The notes beneath the pieces were generated by a model. It saw nothing but the letters and a program-made list of their open reading frames with translations, had not been told where the DNA came from and made no database searches. Shown here piece after piece: positions 54,048-64,000 of a DNA stretch of 64,000 bases. Source of the DNA: Acidobacteriota bacterium (GTDB lineage: Bacteria > Acidobacteriota > CAIWXX01). Within the stretch, counting starts at the first letter, position 1; every line of letters starts with the position of its first letter. The position numbers and the translations under genes are program-made. The DNA is taken from contig JBFMAF010000024.1 in assembly GCA_040755995.1 (NCBI GenBank), forward strand, positions 288,001-352,000, given 5' to 3'.

Positions 54048-54467
54048 ATGGGACACGTTGTTCGCTTCGGAATCGCCATGGATTCCGATCTCCTGGCCAC
54101 CTTCGACGCGGCCATCGCGCGGCGCGGGTACGGGAATCGGTCGGAGGCGATCCGAGACCTCGTGCGGGACAGTCTCGTCGCTGCGGGCTGGTCCGGTGGA
54201 CGCCGGAAGTCAGTCGGTGTGATCACGCTGGTCTACGAGCACGAGACCCGAGACCTGGACCGCGTGCTCACGGCCCTACAGCATCGCAACTATCGTGCGA
54301 TCACCTCCGCGCTTCACGTCCATCTCGACCGGCACCATTGCCTGGAGGTGCTGGTGGTGCGCGCGAGCGCGGCGCGCATCAAGAAGATCGCCGATCTCTT
54401 GATCTCCACCAAAGGGGTCAAACACGGTACGCTGTCGGCGACGACAACCGGAGAGGGTATCCCTTAG
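54048..54467 (+). CDS. nikR: Nickel-responsive regulator
   Basis: RFGIAM, NRSEAIRDL (RHH); LQH..HVH...HCLE nickel site. Confidence 0.93.
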   Translation: MGHVVRFGIAMDSDLLATFDAAIARRGYGNRSEAIRDLVRDSLVAAGWSGGRRKSVGVITLVYEHETRDLDRVLTALQHRNYRAITSALHVHLDRHHCLEVLVVRASAARIKKIADLLISTKGVKHGTLSATTTGEGIP

Positions 54468-54514
54468 CGTGACCGATTCGGGCCCCGGCTCGCCGGCTCT
54501 CGGGAAGGACCGCC

Positions 54515-54817
54515 TCAGGGCTGAACGGCTTCGAGCTGTTTCAGGAACTGGTCGTACTGCAGGGCCTGCCAGCTCTCGGCGCTCAGAGCACCTTCGATCC
54601 TCGATATGATCGACACCTTGTGAGCCGTCTCCACGTCTGGTGCTTCGTAGATGTCCATGAAGTCGTAGGGGCCGAGGATCGCATAGTGCGCCAGCCACTT
54701 GACATCCGGGCAGCACGTTTTCACCTTAGTGAGCCAGTCCTTGCCCATCGCACGACGCGCCTTGGCATCGTGCAGAGCGGCAGGCGCAAGCCGAGTCATG
54801 AGTACGAATGTCGGCAT
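54515..54817 (-). CDS. GYD domain protein
   Basis: YAILGPYDFMDIYEAPD; AGGAGG RBS. Confidence 0.85.
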   Translation of the reverse strand: MPTFVLMTRLAPAALHDAKARRAMGKDWLTKVKTCCPDVKWLAHYAILGPYDFMDIYEAPDVETAHKVSIISRIEGALSAESWQALQYDQFLKQLEAVQP

Positions 54818-54876
54818 GACCAAACCTCCTCTTCTTGAGACCGAGTCGTTCCCAGAGATCGTGGGGTTCACAGCTC

Positions 54877-54905
54877 ATTTTCATAGGTTACAGGGGAACT
54901 GTCAA
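54877..54905 (-). promoter_or_regulatory. Putative sigma70 promoter of the GYD gene
   Basis: TTGACA-N17-GAAAAT on the minus strand. Confidence 0.55.
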
Positions 54906-55056
54906 GGACAAAGGCTGGTCCGCCAGTTCGGGCGCGCTACCACTGCACGTTCAGCACGCCGGTGAGGCGATCAGCCGGCCCTGCGTGGCAGAGTCTGCTT
55001 GTTCGTGGTAGACTCCCGTGCACATGAAGAACACGCGAGAGTAAGGCGGCGATGGC

Positions 55057-55135
55057 AATGTGGAATGCGGAATGCGTAGTATGCCATCGGACCTGCAGTG
55101 CCTGACAGTCCGATGTCGAATGCGGAGTGCGGAAT
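55057..55135 (+). repeat. Heptamer repeats (GGAATGC-like) in two clusters
   Basis: aatgtgg aatgcgg aatgcg ... aatgcgg agtgcgg aat. Confidence 0.65.
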
Positions 55136-55229
55136 CTGCCGTGCGGACACTCACGGTGCCAGACCACTGCATGCCGGAGGACGGTGGCGGGGCTCGCGGC
55201 AGGCAGGACGACGAGGAGCGGGAGGTAAT

Positions 55230-56201
55230 ATGCGAAGAGTGGCCCTTATTCCATTGTTGATCATTCTCGCGACTGCTGCGTGCGGCAACGACCGTGATAA
55301 GGGGCTGATCGTCGCGTCGGGGCACGTCGAAGCAACTGACGTGCGGATATCGACGAAGGTCGTAGGCACGGTGGAGTGGTTTCCAGTCGAGGAAGGGGAC
55401 AACGTGTCGGCAGGCCAGGAGCTCGCGCGGCTGGACACGGTAGACGCGCGGCTGGCGCTGGATGTCGCACGGGCCGAGCGGAACCAGGCCGAAGCGGATC
55501 TGCGAATGAAGGTTACGGGCGAGCGCGAGGAGGACATCAAGGAGGCGGCGGCGATGGTCGCTCGCGCCGAGGCCGATCTGGACGGCGCACAGAAGGACCT
55601 GGACCGCATGGAGGGGCTTCTCGACTCCGGCTCCGGCACCCAGAAGTCCCGCGACGACGCACGGACCCGCCGTGACATCGCCGCGTCGGCTCTCGAAGCA
55701 GCCCGCGAACGATTGAGGAAGTTGAAGAGCGGAAGCCGGCCGGAGATCATCGATGCGGCACGGGCGCGGTTGAGCGCCGCGGAGGCCCGCATCGCACAGC
55801 TCGAACAGCAGATCAAGGACGCCGCCATCCGGTGCCCCGTCAACGGGGTGGTCACGGAGAAGCTGGTGGAGCAGGGCGAGCTGCTGTCGCCGGGTACAGC
55901 TATGGTGGTGGTCACCAATCTCACGGAGCCGTGGCTGACGGTCTACATCAGCGAGACGGACCTGGGTCGAGTGCGGATCGGGCAGGATGTAGACGTAGTG
56001 ACCGACGACGGTCAGGCTCGCAAGGGGCGAGTGACCTACATCGCGTCGAAGGCCGAGTTCACTCCGAAGAACGTCCAGACCCGCGATGAGCGCGTCAAGC
56101 TCGTATACAAGCTCAAAATCGGCATCGAGAACGCCGACGGTCTCTTCAAGCCCGGCATGCCTGCCGAGGCGCGGATGAGTGCAGTCGTGGCGGACCGATG
56201 A
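55230..56201 (+). CDS. HlyD family membrane-fusion lipoprotein
   Basis: TAAC lipobox, ASGHVEA, AEFTPKNVQT, KPGMPA; GGAGG RBS. Confidence 0.92.
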   Translation: MRRVALIPLLIILATAACGNDRDKGLIVASGHVEATDVRISTKVVGTVEWFPVEEGDNVSAGQELARLDTVDARLALDVARAERNQAEADLRMKVTGEREEDIKEAAAMVARAEADLDGAQKDLDRMEGLLDSGSGTQKSRDDARTRRDIAASALEAARERLRKLKSGSRPEIIDAARARLSAAEARIAQLEQQIKDAAIRCPVNGVVTEKLVEQGELLSPGTAMVVVTNLTEPWLTVYISETDLGRVRIGQDVDVVTDDGQARKGRVTYIASKAEFTPKNVQTRDERVKLVYKLKIGIENADGLFKPGMPAEARMSAVVADR

Positions 56202-57172
56202 CCGGAAACCCGATGGTCGTCCTCGACGGCGTAGCGAAGAGCTACGCCGGCACGGCGGCCGTCCGCTCGGTCAGCTTCACGGTACACCCACGAGAAATGC
56301 TCGGCTTGATCGGGCCGGACGGTGCGGGCAAGACCACGACACTCCGGATGGTCCTCGGATTGCTCCGGCCCGATGCCGGCACCGTCCGGACGTGCGGGCT
56401 GGATCCGGCCCGCCAGCCCCGAGCGCTTTCGAAGAGAGTCGGTTACCTGTCTCAAAGGTTCTCGCTGTACGGCGATCTCTCGGTCGACGAGAACATCGCC
56501 TTCTTCGCGGAGATACACGGCGTGGGCGGGTGGAAGCCGCGGCGCGACGAGCTGCTCGATTTGGTCCGCATGACGCCTTTCCGTACCCGCCTGGCTGAGC
56601 GGCTTTCGGGCGGAATGAAGCAGAAGCTGGCTCTTGCCTGCACACTGGTCCACACGCCGGAGCTGCTCGTTCTGGACGAGCCCACCACGGGCGTAGACCC
56701 GGTATCGAGGCGTGATTTCTGGAAGCTCCTCTCGCGACTCCAGCAGGATGGCCTGACCATACTCATGACAACCCCTTACCTCGACGAAGCCGAACGGTGC
56801 CAACGCGTGGCTCTGATCGATCGTGGCCGCGTGCTCGTGGTGGATGCACCTGGGACGCTGCGAGATCAGGCCGCCGGCGCGATGATCGAGCTGCTGGCCC
56901 GGCCGAAGCGCCGGGCGCTGGAGATCCTGCGGGCCGTACCTGACGTGGCAGACATTCAGGCCTTTGGCGAACGGCTTCACGTCGCGCTGGCCCCGCGGCC
57001 GGCCGGTGAGACCGCCCATATCGCCGCATCGGGTCTGGCCGATCGGTTGCGGTCAGAAGGTGTTGAAGTGGAGCTGGCGCGGGCGGTCCCCCATTCACTC
57101 GAAGACATATTCATCGCGCGGGTGCGCGCGGCCGAACCGGCTGCGGCCCCGCCGGAGGAGATCACGCGATGA
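56198..57172 (+). CDS. ABC transporter ATP-binding protein
   Basis: GPDGAGKT, LSGGM, LDEPT. Confidence 0.95.
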   Translation: MTGNPMVVLDGVAKSYAGTAAVRSVSFTVHPREMLGLIGPDGAGKTTTLRMVLGLLRPDAGTVRTCGLDPARQPRALSKRVGYLSQRFSLYGDLSVDENIAFFAEIHGVGGWKPRRDELLDLVRMTPFRTRLAERLSGGMKQKLALACTLVHTPELLVLDEPTTGVDPVSRRDFWKLLSRLQQDGLTILMTTPYLDEAERCQRVALIDRGRVLVVDAPGTLRDQAAGAMIELLARPKRRALEILRAVPDVADIQAFGERLHVALAPRPAGETAHIAASGLADRLRSEGVEVELARAVPHSLEDIFIARVRAAEPAAAPPEEITR

Positions 57173-58515
57173 TTGCTCAAGCCTTCTTTCTCCTGTCGCT
57201 GGCGGTGCCGGCCTCCTCGCACGCTTCGGCGCAGACGCAGCCTGCGGCCGCGCAGCCGGGCCCTGCTGAGCTGCGACTGACGCTGGCGGAGGCTCTCGCT
57301 ATGGCCAGGGACGCCTCGCCTCGGCTGGCGCAACTGCAGGCGCTGTACTCAGCCTCGGATGCCGGCGTACACAGGGCCGGTGCCAACCGGCTCCCGCAGG
57401 TGGATCTGAGCGCTGGCTACACACGGTACTCGCACGTTCCCGAGTTCTCGGTTCCGATCCCCGGGCGGGGCACGCAGACGATCTTCCCGGACCTGCCCGA
57501 CAACTACAGAGCGCGCCTCGGCGTCTGGATGCCGCTATACACAGGCGGGCGCCTTGCGAGCCTTTCCGACGCGGCGAAGATGGACAGGGAGGCATCCGAG
57601 CGAGACGTCGTCACTGGAACGATCGACCTGGTTTATGAAACAAACGTCGCCTACTGGTCGCTCGTCACTGCGCGCGAGAGCGAGCGGGTGCTCAACGAAG
57701 CGCTAGCCGCCTACGAGTCGCATCTCGAAGACGCGCAGAACCGCCAGAGATTCGGCCTGGCCGCAAGCAACGAGGTGCTGGCGGTGCAGGTGGAGCGGGA
57801 CCAGGCCGAGCTGGCCCGGCTGGACGCCGGCAACGCGGCCGAGATCGCGAATGCAACCCTGGTGAGGCTTCTGGGTGTGGCGACGGGCACCCGAGTCGAT
57901 GCTGCAGAGCCTCTCGATCAGCCGCAGGCCGGTCCGATCGGCCTCGAAGACGCGATTGCCGAAGCGTTGGCCACACGGCCGGAACGAGCCGCGCTGAAGT
58001 CGCGCATCGTCGCTGCGGAGGCCATGGTGCGTGTGGAACGGTCTGCGCGGCTCCCGCAGGTGAGTGCCGTGGCCGGTTATGACTACGCGAATCCGAACCG
58101 CCGCATCATGCCGATGGCGGATGAATGGAAGGCCACCTGGGACGTGTCGTTCAACGTCGCGCTTTCGGTGTTCGACAGCGGACGCACCAGCGCCTCGATG
58201 GACCGCGCATCGGCTCAACTTGAGGCCCTCAAGCAGCAACTCGAAGAGCTCGATCGCCGGATCGAGCTGAACGTGACTTCGGCGCTGCTCGACCTCGAGA
58301 GCGCGCATGCGGCCTTGGCGGTGGCGGATCGAAACCTCGACGCCGCCCGAGAGAACCGGCGTGTCTCGGCCGACCGGTATCGCGAGGGGGTGAGCCCGTC
58401 CTCGGAGCTGCTCGACGCAGAGGTGGCGCTGCAGCAGGTCGGCCTGCAGCGAACCCGCGCGCTGGCGCGGATACGGCAATCCACCGCGGGGTTGGAGCGC
58501 GCGATCGGGAGATGA
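57169..58515 (+). CDS. TolC family outer-membrane efflux protein
   Basis: Signal peptide, LTLAEAL, RLPQV twice, helical repeats. Confidence 0.9.
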   Translation: MIAQAFFLLSLAVPASSHASAQTQPAAAQPGPAELRLTLAEALAMARDASPRLAQLQALYSASDAGVHRAGANRLPQVDLSAGYTRYSHVPEFSVPIPGRGTQTIFPDLPDNYRARLGVWMPLYTGGRLASLSDAAKMDREASERDVVTGTIDLVYETNVAYWSLVTARESERVLNEALAAYESHLEDAQNRQRFGLAASNEVLAVQVERDQAELARLDAGNAAEIANATLVRLLGVATGTRVDAAEPLDQPQAGPIGLEDAIAEALATRPERAALKSRIVAAEAMVRVERSARLPQVSAVAGYDYANPNRRIMPMADEWKATWDVSFNVALSVFDSGRTSASMDRASAQLEALKQQLEELDRRIELNVTSALLDLESAHAALAVADRNLDAARENRRVSADRYREGVSPSSELLDAEVALQQVGLQRTRALARIRQSTAGLERAIGR

Positions 58516-58518
58516 CAC

Positions 58519-59550
58519 TTGGCCCCGGCAGTCACGATCAGCAGATTGACGAAGCGTTTCGGAGCGTTCACGGCCGTCGACGATCTATCGCTCACCGTCA
58601 GCGAGGGAGAGGTTTTTGGGTTTCTAGGTAGCAACGGGGCGGGCAAGTCCACCGCCATTCGAATGCTCTGTGGTCTGCTGGCTCCCACCTGGGGCTCCGC
58701 CCGCGTGCTGGGCTTCGACATCGTCAGACAATCGGAGGACATCAAGCGCAACATCGGTTACATGAGCCAGCGATTCAGCCTCTACGAGGACCTGACCGTG
58801 GCGCAGAACTTGAGGTTTTTCGGGGGAGTATATGGGCTGCGCGGCAGCGCGCTGCAGAGCCGGGTGCGCTGGGCGCTCGAGATGGCCGGACTGGAAGGCA
58901 AGGAGGATCTCGTCACGGGCCAGCTCGCCGGAGGCTGGAAGCAGAGGCTGGCGCTGGCATGTTCGGTGCTTCATCAACCCCGGATCGTCTTTCTGGACGA
59001 GCCCACGGGCGGTGTCGACCCGATCTCGCGCCGCTCATTCTGGAACCTGATCGATGAAATGGCCGGCCGCGGCGTCACCGTGTTCGTAACGACACACTAT
59101 CTCGACGAGGCCGAGCACTGCGACCGGCTGGCGTTGATGCACGCGGGAAAGCTGGTCGCGCTGGGTACCGTCGCTGAGCTGAAAGAGGTATTCGCCGAGC
59201 GGGCAGTGGTCGAGGTCGGCTGCCCGAGGATCATCGAGGCGCTCGACGAGCTCGGCAAAGAGAGCTGGGTCCTGGAGGCATCTGTGTTCGGTACGCGGAT
59301 CCACCTCGTGGTGGACGCCTACGAGGCGGGACGGGCGCGGGTCCTCGATCTCCTCGCACGAGCAGGCAACGTGCCGGCACAGGTGGAGCGGATTGTGCCG
59401 TCGCTCGAGGACGTGTTCATTCACCATATCGAGATGCGCGGTGACACGGAGAATCGGAGAACCGGGGAATCGGGGAAACGGGGAAACGGAGAATCGGAGA
59501 ATCGGAGAACCGGAGATGAGCAAGAGGGTGAGGGGGCTCTGACGCGGTGA
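58519..59550 (+). CDS. ABC transporter ATP-binding protein
   Basis: GSNGAGKST, LAGGW, LDEPT, PSLEDVFI. Confidence 0.93.
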   Translation: MAPAVTISRLTKRFGAFTAVDDLSLTVSEGEVFGFLGSNGAGKSTAIRMLCGLLAPTWGSARVLGFDIVRQSEDIKRNIGYMSQRFSLYEDLTVAQNLRFFGGVYGLRGSALQSRVRWALEMAGLEGKEDLVTGQLAGGWKQRLALACSVLHQPRIVFLDEPTGGVDPISRRSFWNLIDEMAGRGVTVFVTTHYLDEAEHCDRLALMHAGKLVALGTVAELKEVFAERAVVEVGCPRIIEALDELGKESWVLEASVFGTRIHLVVDAYEAGRARVLDLLARAGNVPAQVERIVPSLEDVFIHHIEMRGDTENRRTGESGKRGNGESENRRTGDEQEGEGALTR

Positions 59551-59578
59551 CACGGAGACAGCGGGAAACGGAGAGCGG
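59441..59578 (+). repeat. Degenerate octamer tandem array (G(A/G)GAA(T/C/A)CG)
   Basis: 8-nt period; shares GTGACACG-GAGA with the 23020 array. Confidence 0.85.
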
Positions 59579-59596
59579 GTAGGGGATATCGAGGCG

Positions 59597-60718
59597 ATGC
59601 GCAAGACGTGGGCCGTCGCACTGAAGGAGCTGCGGCAGGCTTTTCGAGACCCGTTGAGCCTTGGGATGCTCATCGCCCTTCCCACGTTCATCCTCCTGCT
59701 CTATGGCTATGCGTTGAACTTCGACGTCAAGCACGTGGCGCTTGCAGTGCAGGACCGGGACAAGAGCCAGGAGAGCCGCGATCTTGTGGCCTCATTCGTC
59801 AACACGCCCTACTTCGACCTGGCAGCGGATCTCGATGCCGGTGCGGACTTCGCGAGGCTCACGGAGAGCAGGCGAGCCAGGGCCATACTCGTGATACCGG
59901 AGGGGTTCTCGAGGGAGCTCGCGGCCGGCAGGACCGCCGATGTGCAGATGATACTGGATGGAGCCGATGCCAACACAGCATCGATCGTGCTGAGCTATGC
60001 CACGGCGATTGTCGCGGATGCCAATGTGCGAATCCTGCGCGCTGCCATGGGAAGCACGGCCGGCACGATCGTGCCTATCGACTACCAGCCACGCGTGTGG
60101 TACAACCCCGAGCTCAAGTCGACGCACTTTCTGGTGCCCGGGCTGATCGGCTTCATTCTGATGTTGACGGCGGTCGTGTCCACCGCCCTGTCGATAGCGC
60201 GAGAAAAAGAGCGGGGCACGATGGAACAGCTCCGGGTGGCGCCGCTCGGCTCGGGACACCTGCTCTTCGGCAAGACCCTCCCTTATCTCGGGATCTCGGC
60301 AATCGCAACCGTGTTGATCCTCGTGGCGGCGCGGATTCTCTTCGGCGTCGTAATCCGCGGACCGTACCTCGATCTGGCGATCGCAACCTTCCTCTATCTC
60401 GTGGATGGGCTGCTGTTCGGCCTGTTTATTTCGAGCGTGAGCCACACCCAGGCGATGGCATTCCAGGCCGGCACGGTCACATCTATGCTTCCCGCGATTC
60501 TGCTTTCCGGATTCGTGTTTCCGATCCGCTCGATGCCGGAGGTTTTGCAGTACGTGACCTACCTTGTCCCAGCCCGGTACTACCTCGTGATCCTGCGCGG
60601 GATCATCCTGAAGGGAGCCGGCCTGGGGCAGTTCGTCCGCGAGCTGGCGCTGCTGACCGTCTATGGTGTGGTCGTCTTTGCGTTGGCTTCGGTCCTGAGA
60701 CGGCGTAAGGAGGCGTGA
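59597..60718 (+). CDS. ABC-2 type permease (YbhS-like)
   Basis: KELRQ, YNP, REKERGTMEQL, TM helices. Confidence 0.92.
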   Translation: MRKTWAVALKELRQAFRDPLSLGMLIALPTFILLLYGYALNFDVKHVALAVQDRDKSQESRDLVASFVNTPYFDLAADLDAGADFARLTESRRARAILVIPEGFSRELAAGRTADVQMILDGADANTASIVLSYATAIVADANVRILRAAMGSTAGTIVPIDYQPRVWYNPELKSTHFLVPGLIGFILMLTAVVSTALSIAREKERGTMEQLRVAPLGSGHLLFGKTLPYLGISAIATVLILVAARILFGVVIRGPYLDLAIATFLYLVDGLLFGLFISSVSHTQAMAFQAGTVTSMLPAILLSGFVFPIRSMPEVLQYVTYLVPARYYLVILRGIILKGAGLGQFVRELALLTVYGVVVFALASVLRRRKEA

Positions 60719-60719
60719 G

Positions 60720-61901
60720 GTGTACGTGCTCTTCCGGGTCATACAGAAGGAGTTCCTCCAGATACGCAGGGACAGGCGCATGATCCCGATGATCCTGGTC
60801 GGACCTCTGATTCAGCTCATCGCATTCGGCTATGCGGCCAACACCGACGTCGTCGACATCCCGACGGTCCTCGTGGATCAGGATCGTACGCAGGCAAGCC
60901 GCGAGCTGGTCGATCGGTTCGTCGGCTCGGGCTACTTCGATGTCGTAGGCGCCGAGGACACGGTCCAGGGCGTCGAAAAGTGGCTCGTGGGCGGCGATGC
61001 TCTGGTGGCCCTGGTCATCGGCGAGGGGTACGGTGATGCACTGGCGTCGGGCGAGACCGCCCACATTCAGCTGATCGCCGACGGCAGCGACTCGAACTCG
61101 GCCGTGGTCGGCACCGGCTACGCGGCGCGCATCGTCACGCAGAAGGGGAGCGAGGCGCTGCAGGAGGCGCTGGCCCGCCGGACGCCGTTGGCGGCCGTAA
61201 AGGGCGCCGCCCTGCTCGTCCCGTCCAGCCCGTCCGTGAGATTGCCTCCGGCGGGCCGGATCGAGCTGATCCCGCGGATCTGGTACAACCCGGATCTCAA
61301 GAGCCGCTGGTTCTACGTGCCTGCCGTCCTGGCCATGGTGTTGATGCTCACAACCATGATCCTCTCGTCAATGGGTGTGGTGCGAGAGAAGGAGATCGGC
61401 ACGATGGAACAGCTCATCGTGACGCCGATCAAGGCGTGGCAGCTGATCGTCGGGAAGCTGCTCCCCTTCGCCATCATCGGGCTCGTCATTCTTCACCTTG
61501 TGACGGCGCTGGCGGTGTGGCACTTCGGAGTGCCGTTCAGGGGCTCCCTGATCCTGCTGGTGCTGCTCACGGCGCTCTTCCTCACGAACACACTCGGCCT
61601 GGGCCTCCTGATGTCCACTCTGGTGCGCACGCAGCAGCAGGCGATGATGGGATCGGTCTTCGCGCTGATGATTCCGATGATCTATCTCTCGGGCCTCATC
61701 TTCCCGATCGAGAACATGCCCACGGCGATCCAGTACGTCACCTATGCGATTCCCCTGCGCTACTACGCCGTGATCATCCGCGGCATATTCCTCAAGGGCG
61801 CTGGCATCGCAGTGCTATGGCCGCAAGCCGTCGCCATGGCCCTGATGGGCATCGGTTTCCTGGCGCTGGCCTCGGTTCGCTTCAGGAAGCGGCTGGACTG
61901 A
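60720..61901 (+). CDS. ABC-2 type permease (YbhR-like)
   Basis: KEFLQ, YNP, REKEIGTMEQL, TM helices. Confidence 0.92.
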   Translation: MYVLFRVIQKEFLQIRRDRRMIPMILVGPLIQLIAFGYAANTDVVDIPTVLVDQDRTQASRELVDRFVGSGYFDVVGAEDTVQGVEKWLVGGDALVALVIGEGYGDALASGETAHIQLIADGSDSNSAVVGTGYAARIVTQKGSEALQEALARRTPLAAVKGAALLVPSSPSVRLPPAGRIELIPRIWYNPDLKSRWFYVPAVLAMVLMLTTMILSSMGVVREKEIGTMEQLIVTPIKAWQLIVGKLLPFAIIGLVILHLVTALAVWHFGVPFRGSLILLVLLTALFLTNTLGLGLLMSTLVRTQQQAMMGSVFALMIPMIYLSGLIFPIENMPTAIQYVTYAIPLRYYAVIIRGIFLKGAGIAVLWPQAVAMALMGIGFLALASVRFRKRLD

Positions 61902-61938
61902 GCCGGCGCCTTCGGGTCCGCTTGCCGGGCACGCCCGT

Positions 61939-62718
61939 CTACCCGCGCTCCTCCTTCTCCGCCGTCACACGATTGAACATTGCGTACAGCTGCTTGAAGT
62001 GCTGGAGGCTTTCGCAGATCAGGGGCTCGAGACTCGGCAGATCCGCCTTGTTCACCGTGACGTTGGCGCCGTGCAGGAAGGCGGTGTTGGCATCGCCTGT
62101 TCTGAGGGTTGAGGAGATCAAGACGACGAGCGTCTGCCGGCGCTGGACCGGTTTCTGCCCGTTGATCTTCGCGATGATCTTGATGCCGCCCTCGGGATCA
62201 TCCGGGAATGCCTGGCCCACAGTGATCAGCTGGTAGGTCCCCGACGACACCTCCTGGATCGCATCGGCGGCGCTCCGTGCCACTTCCACCGAGTATCCCA
62301 GGCGGCTCAGGACCCGCGAGATCCCATCGACCTGGCCCTGATCATCGTCGCAGATCAGGGCCCTCTTCGCGCCGTACTCGCGGCCGGAGTCTTCGGCGGC
62401 AAGGGCGGTTTCGGCCGGGTCGAGGTCGCGTCCGAAGAGAGCCCTCACGGAGTCCAGGATCTCCTTTTTCGTCGCCGCCAGCTCGCGCCTGACATACGCC
62501 TGAACGGCGGGCGAGATCTCGTCTCCTGGTGGCGAAGCCGCCTGGCCCGAGGCAGCCGGGACATGCGGGCTCGACGGAGGCGCGGCCGTCCTGGTCGCAT
62601 CCTTTTGCACAGTGACGATCTTCCCGCAGTTCGGGCAGGGCGTCCGGAAGACGCCGGTGGGCGCTTTCGCATCATCGATCTGGATCAGGTTCTTGCAGTC
62701 GGGACAGCTCACTCTCAT
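61939..62718 (-). CDS. Zinc-ribbon (MJ0042-like) plus pseudo-receiver protein
   Basis: CPDC..CPNC; receiver-like ALICDDD with no phosphoacceptor Asp. Confidence 0.75.
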   Translation of the reverse strand: MRVSCPDCKNLIQIDDAKAPTGVFRTPCPNCGKIVTVQKDATRTAAPPSSPHVPAASGQAASPPGDEISPAVQAYVRRELAATKKEILDSVRALFGRDLDPAETALAAEDSGREYGAKRALICDDDQGQVDGISRVLSRLGYSVEVARSAADAIQEVSSGTYQLITVGQAFPDDPEGGIKIIAKINGQKPVQRRQTLVVLISSTLRTGDANTAFLHGANVTVNKADLPSLEPLICESLQHFKQLYAMFNRVTAEKEERG

Positions 62719-62729
62719 GACGTCCTCCG

Positions 62730-63974
62730 CTACTCCAGCCAGTCCGGCTTGTTCTCCACCCGAGTCGGGCCGGGGCCCGTCCGTGCCTTGGGCGGTGGGC
62801 TTGCGGCCGGCGCCGGAGCGGGACTCGGCGGCGGTTGCTCCACTTCAGCGCCCGGAGCAAGCTGATCGATCGCAGCGTCCGACCCCAGCCCCTGGAACGC
62901 GAGCGCAAGGTTGCCGGGATTGGTGGCGTAGCTCAACGCCACCTGCTCCTCGATTATCCCCGCCTGCACCATCCTCTCCAGCTCGCTGTCGAACGCCTGC
63001 ATGCCGTCGAGATGCCCGTCGTTCATCGCATCCACCAGGGAACGCCCCTCCGACTCCCCCCTGACGATGTACTCGCGCGTGCGCAGCGTCGACCTCAGAA
63101 TCTCGATCGCGGCGACCCGCCCGCCGCCTCTCTTGGGAACCAGGCGCTGGGAGATGACCCACTTGAACGTCTGCGCGAACCGCGTGCGGATCTGCTGCTC
63201 CTCGTTCGTCGGGAAGATGCCGATGATGCGGGCGATCGTCTTGGAAGCGTCGATCGTGTGGAGCGTGCTAAGAACGAGATGGCCCGTCTCGGCGGCCTCC
63301 AACGCAATCTCCGTGGTCTCGGCGTCCCGCATCTCGCCCACAAGCACTACTTTGGGCGCCTGCCTCAACGCCGCGCGCAGCGCCAGCGAGAAGGTCGTGG
63401 TGTCCGTGCCAAGCTCGCGCTGGTTCACAGTCGACTTCTTGTGCTGGTGAAGGTACTCGATCGGATCCTCGATGGTCACGATATGGTACGCGTGTTTTTC
63501 ATTGATGTCGTTGATGATGGCCGCCAATGTCGTCGACTTCCCGCTGCCGGTCGGGCCCGTCACAAGCACGATCCCGTTCTTCTCCTCAGCCACGGCGTAC
63601 AGAGCCTTGGGCAATCCCATCTGGGCAATCGACGGCACGCCCGAGGGAATCACGCGCATCACGATCGCGAACGTACCACGCTGCAAGAACACGTTCACGC
63701 GAAAGCGCGTCACGCCGGGTATGCTATAAGACAGGTCGGTTGAACCCGTATGGACCAGTTTCCGCATGGTCTCCTGATCCTGTCCCATCAGACTGAGCGC
63801 GATCATCTCGGTCTGATACGGGCTGAGCCTCTCCATCCCCTTGATCGGCACGGACACCAGCTCGCCGCTCACCTCCACCTGCGGCGGCCTGCCGACCGAG
63901 AAGTTCAAGTCGGATATGCCCTCGCGCATGCGAAGCATCGATTCGAAGATCCGGTTTACCTCCACCTTGTTCAT
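62730..63974 (-). CDS. pilT: PilT/PilU family twitching-motility ATPase
   Basis: ISDL, RFRVN, GPTGSGKST, EDPIE, GEMRD, STLHT, SQRL. Confidence 0.9.
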   Translation of the reverse strand: MNKVEVNRIFESMLRMREGISDLNFSVGRPPQVEVSGELVSVPIKGMERLSPYQTEMIALSLMGQDQETMRKLVHTGSTDLSYSIPGVTRFRVNVFLQRGTFAIVMRVIPSGVPSIAQMGLPKALYAVAEEKNGIVLVTGPTGSGKSTTLAAIINDINEKHAYHIVTIEDPIEYLHQHKKSTVNQRELGTDTTTFSLALRAALRQAPKVVLVGEMRDAETTEIALEAAETGHLVLSTLHTIDASKTIARIIGIFPTNEEQQIRTRFAQTFKWVISQRLVPKRGGGRVAAIEILRSTLRTREYIVRGESEGRSLVDAMNDGHLDGMQAFDSELERMVQAGIIEEQVALSYATNPGNLALAFQGLGSDAAIDQLAPGAEVEQPPPSPAPAPAASPPPKARTGPGPTRVENKPDWLE

Positions 63975-64000
63975 GGTGTGCCCCCAGTGCTCCAACGAGA

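Noticed and set aside
55230..61901. Efflux operon as a novel system or NikR target
   Set aside because: It has a standard YbhG/F/S/R-like plus TolC organisation, and no NikR box was seen.

Overview
GC-rich bacterial window with about 50 genes. Gene content suggests an Acidobacteriota- or Deltaproteobacteria-like organism (inference). Signal transduction dominates: six histidine kinases, several receiver proteins, a diguanylate cyclase, two class III cyclases, a Ser/Thr kinase and two sigma54 activators. It also carries a surface-glycan cluster, a cytoplasmic sensory-type [NiFe]-hydrogenase followed by a hybrid kinase, hemL, a kbl-acs-ACP-kbl-MFS cluster, nikR, an ABC/TolC efflux operon and two PilT-family ATPases. 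The best candidate for an undescribed system is the three-gene module at 26.9-32.7 kb. It encodes (i) a fusion of an MBL-fold hydrolase, DHp, receiver and Cya2-type cyclase, (ii) a PilT retraction ATPase with its own cyclic-nucleotide-binding domain and a C-terminal PDZ, and (iii) a second cNMP-binding protein. This suggests direct cGMP/cAMP gating of the type IV pilus motor, possibly fed by the H2-sensor kinase. Short-period (6-8 nt) tandem or inverted repeats recur at gene junctions. No rRNA, tRNA, CRISPR array or transposase was recognised. All calls come from reading motifs by eye; no database search was run.
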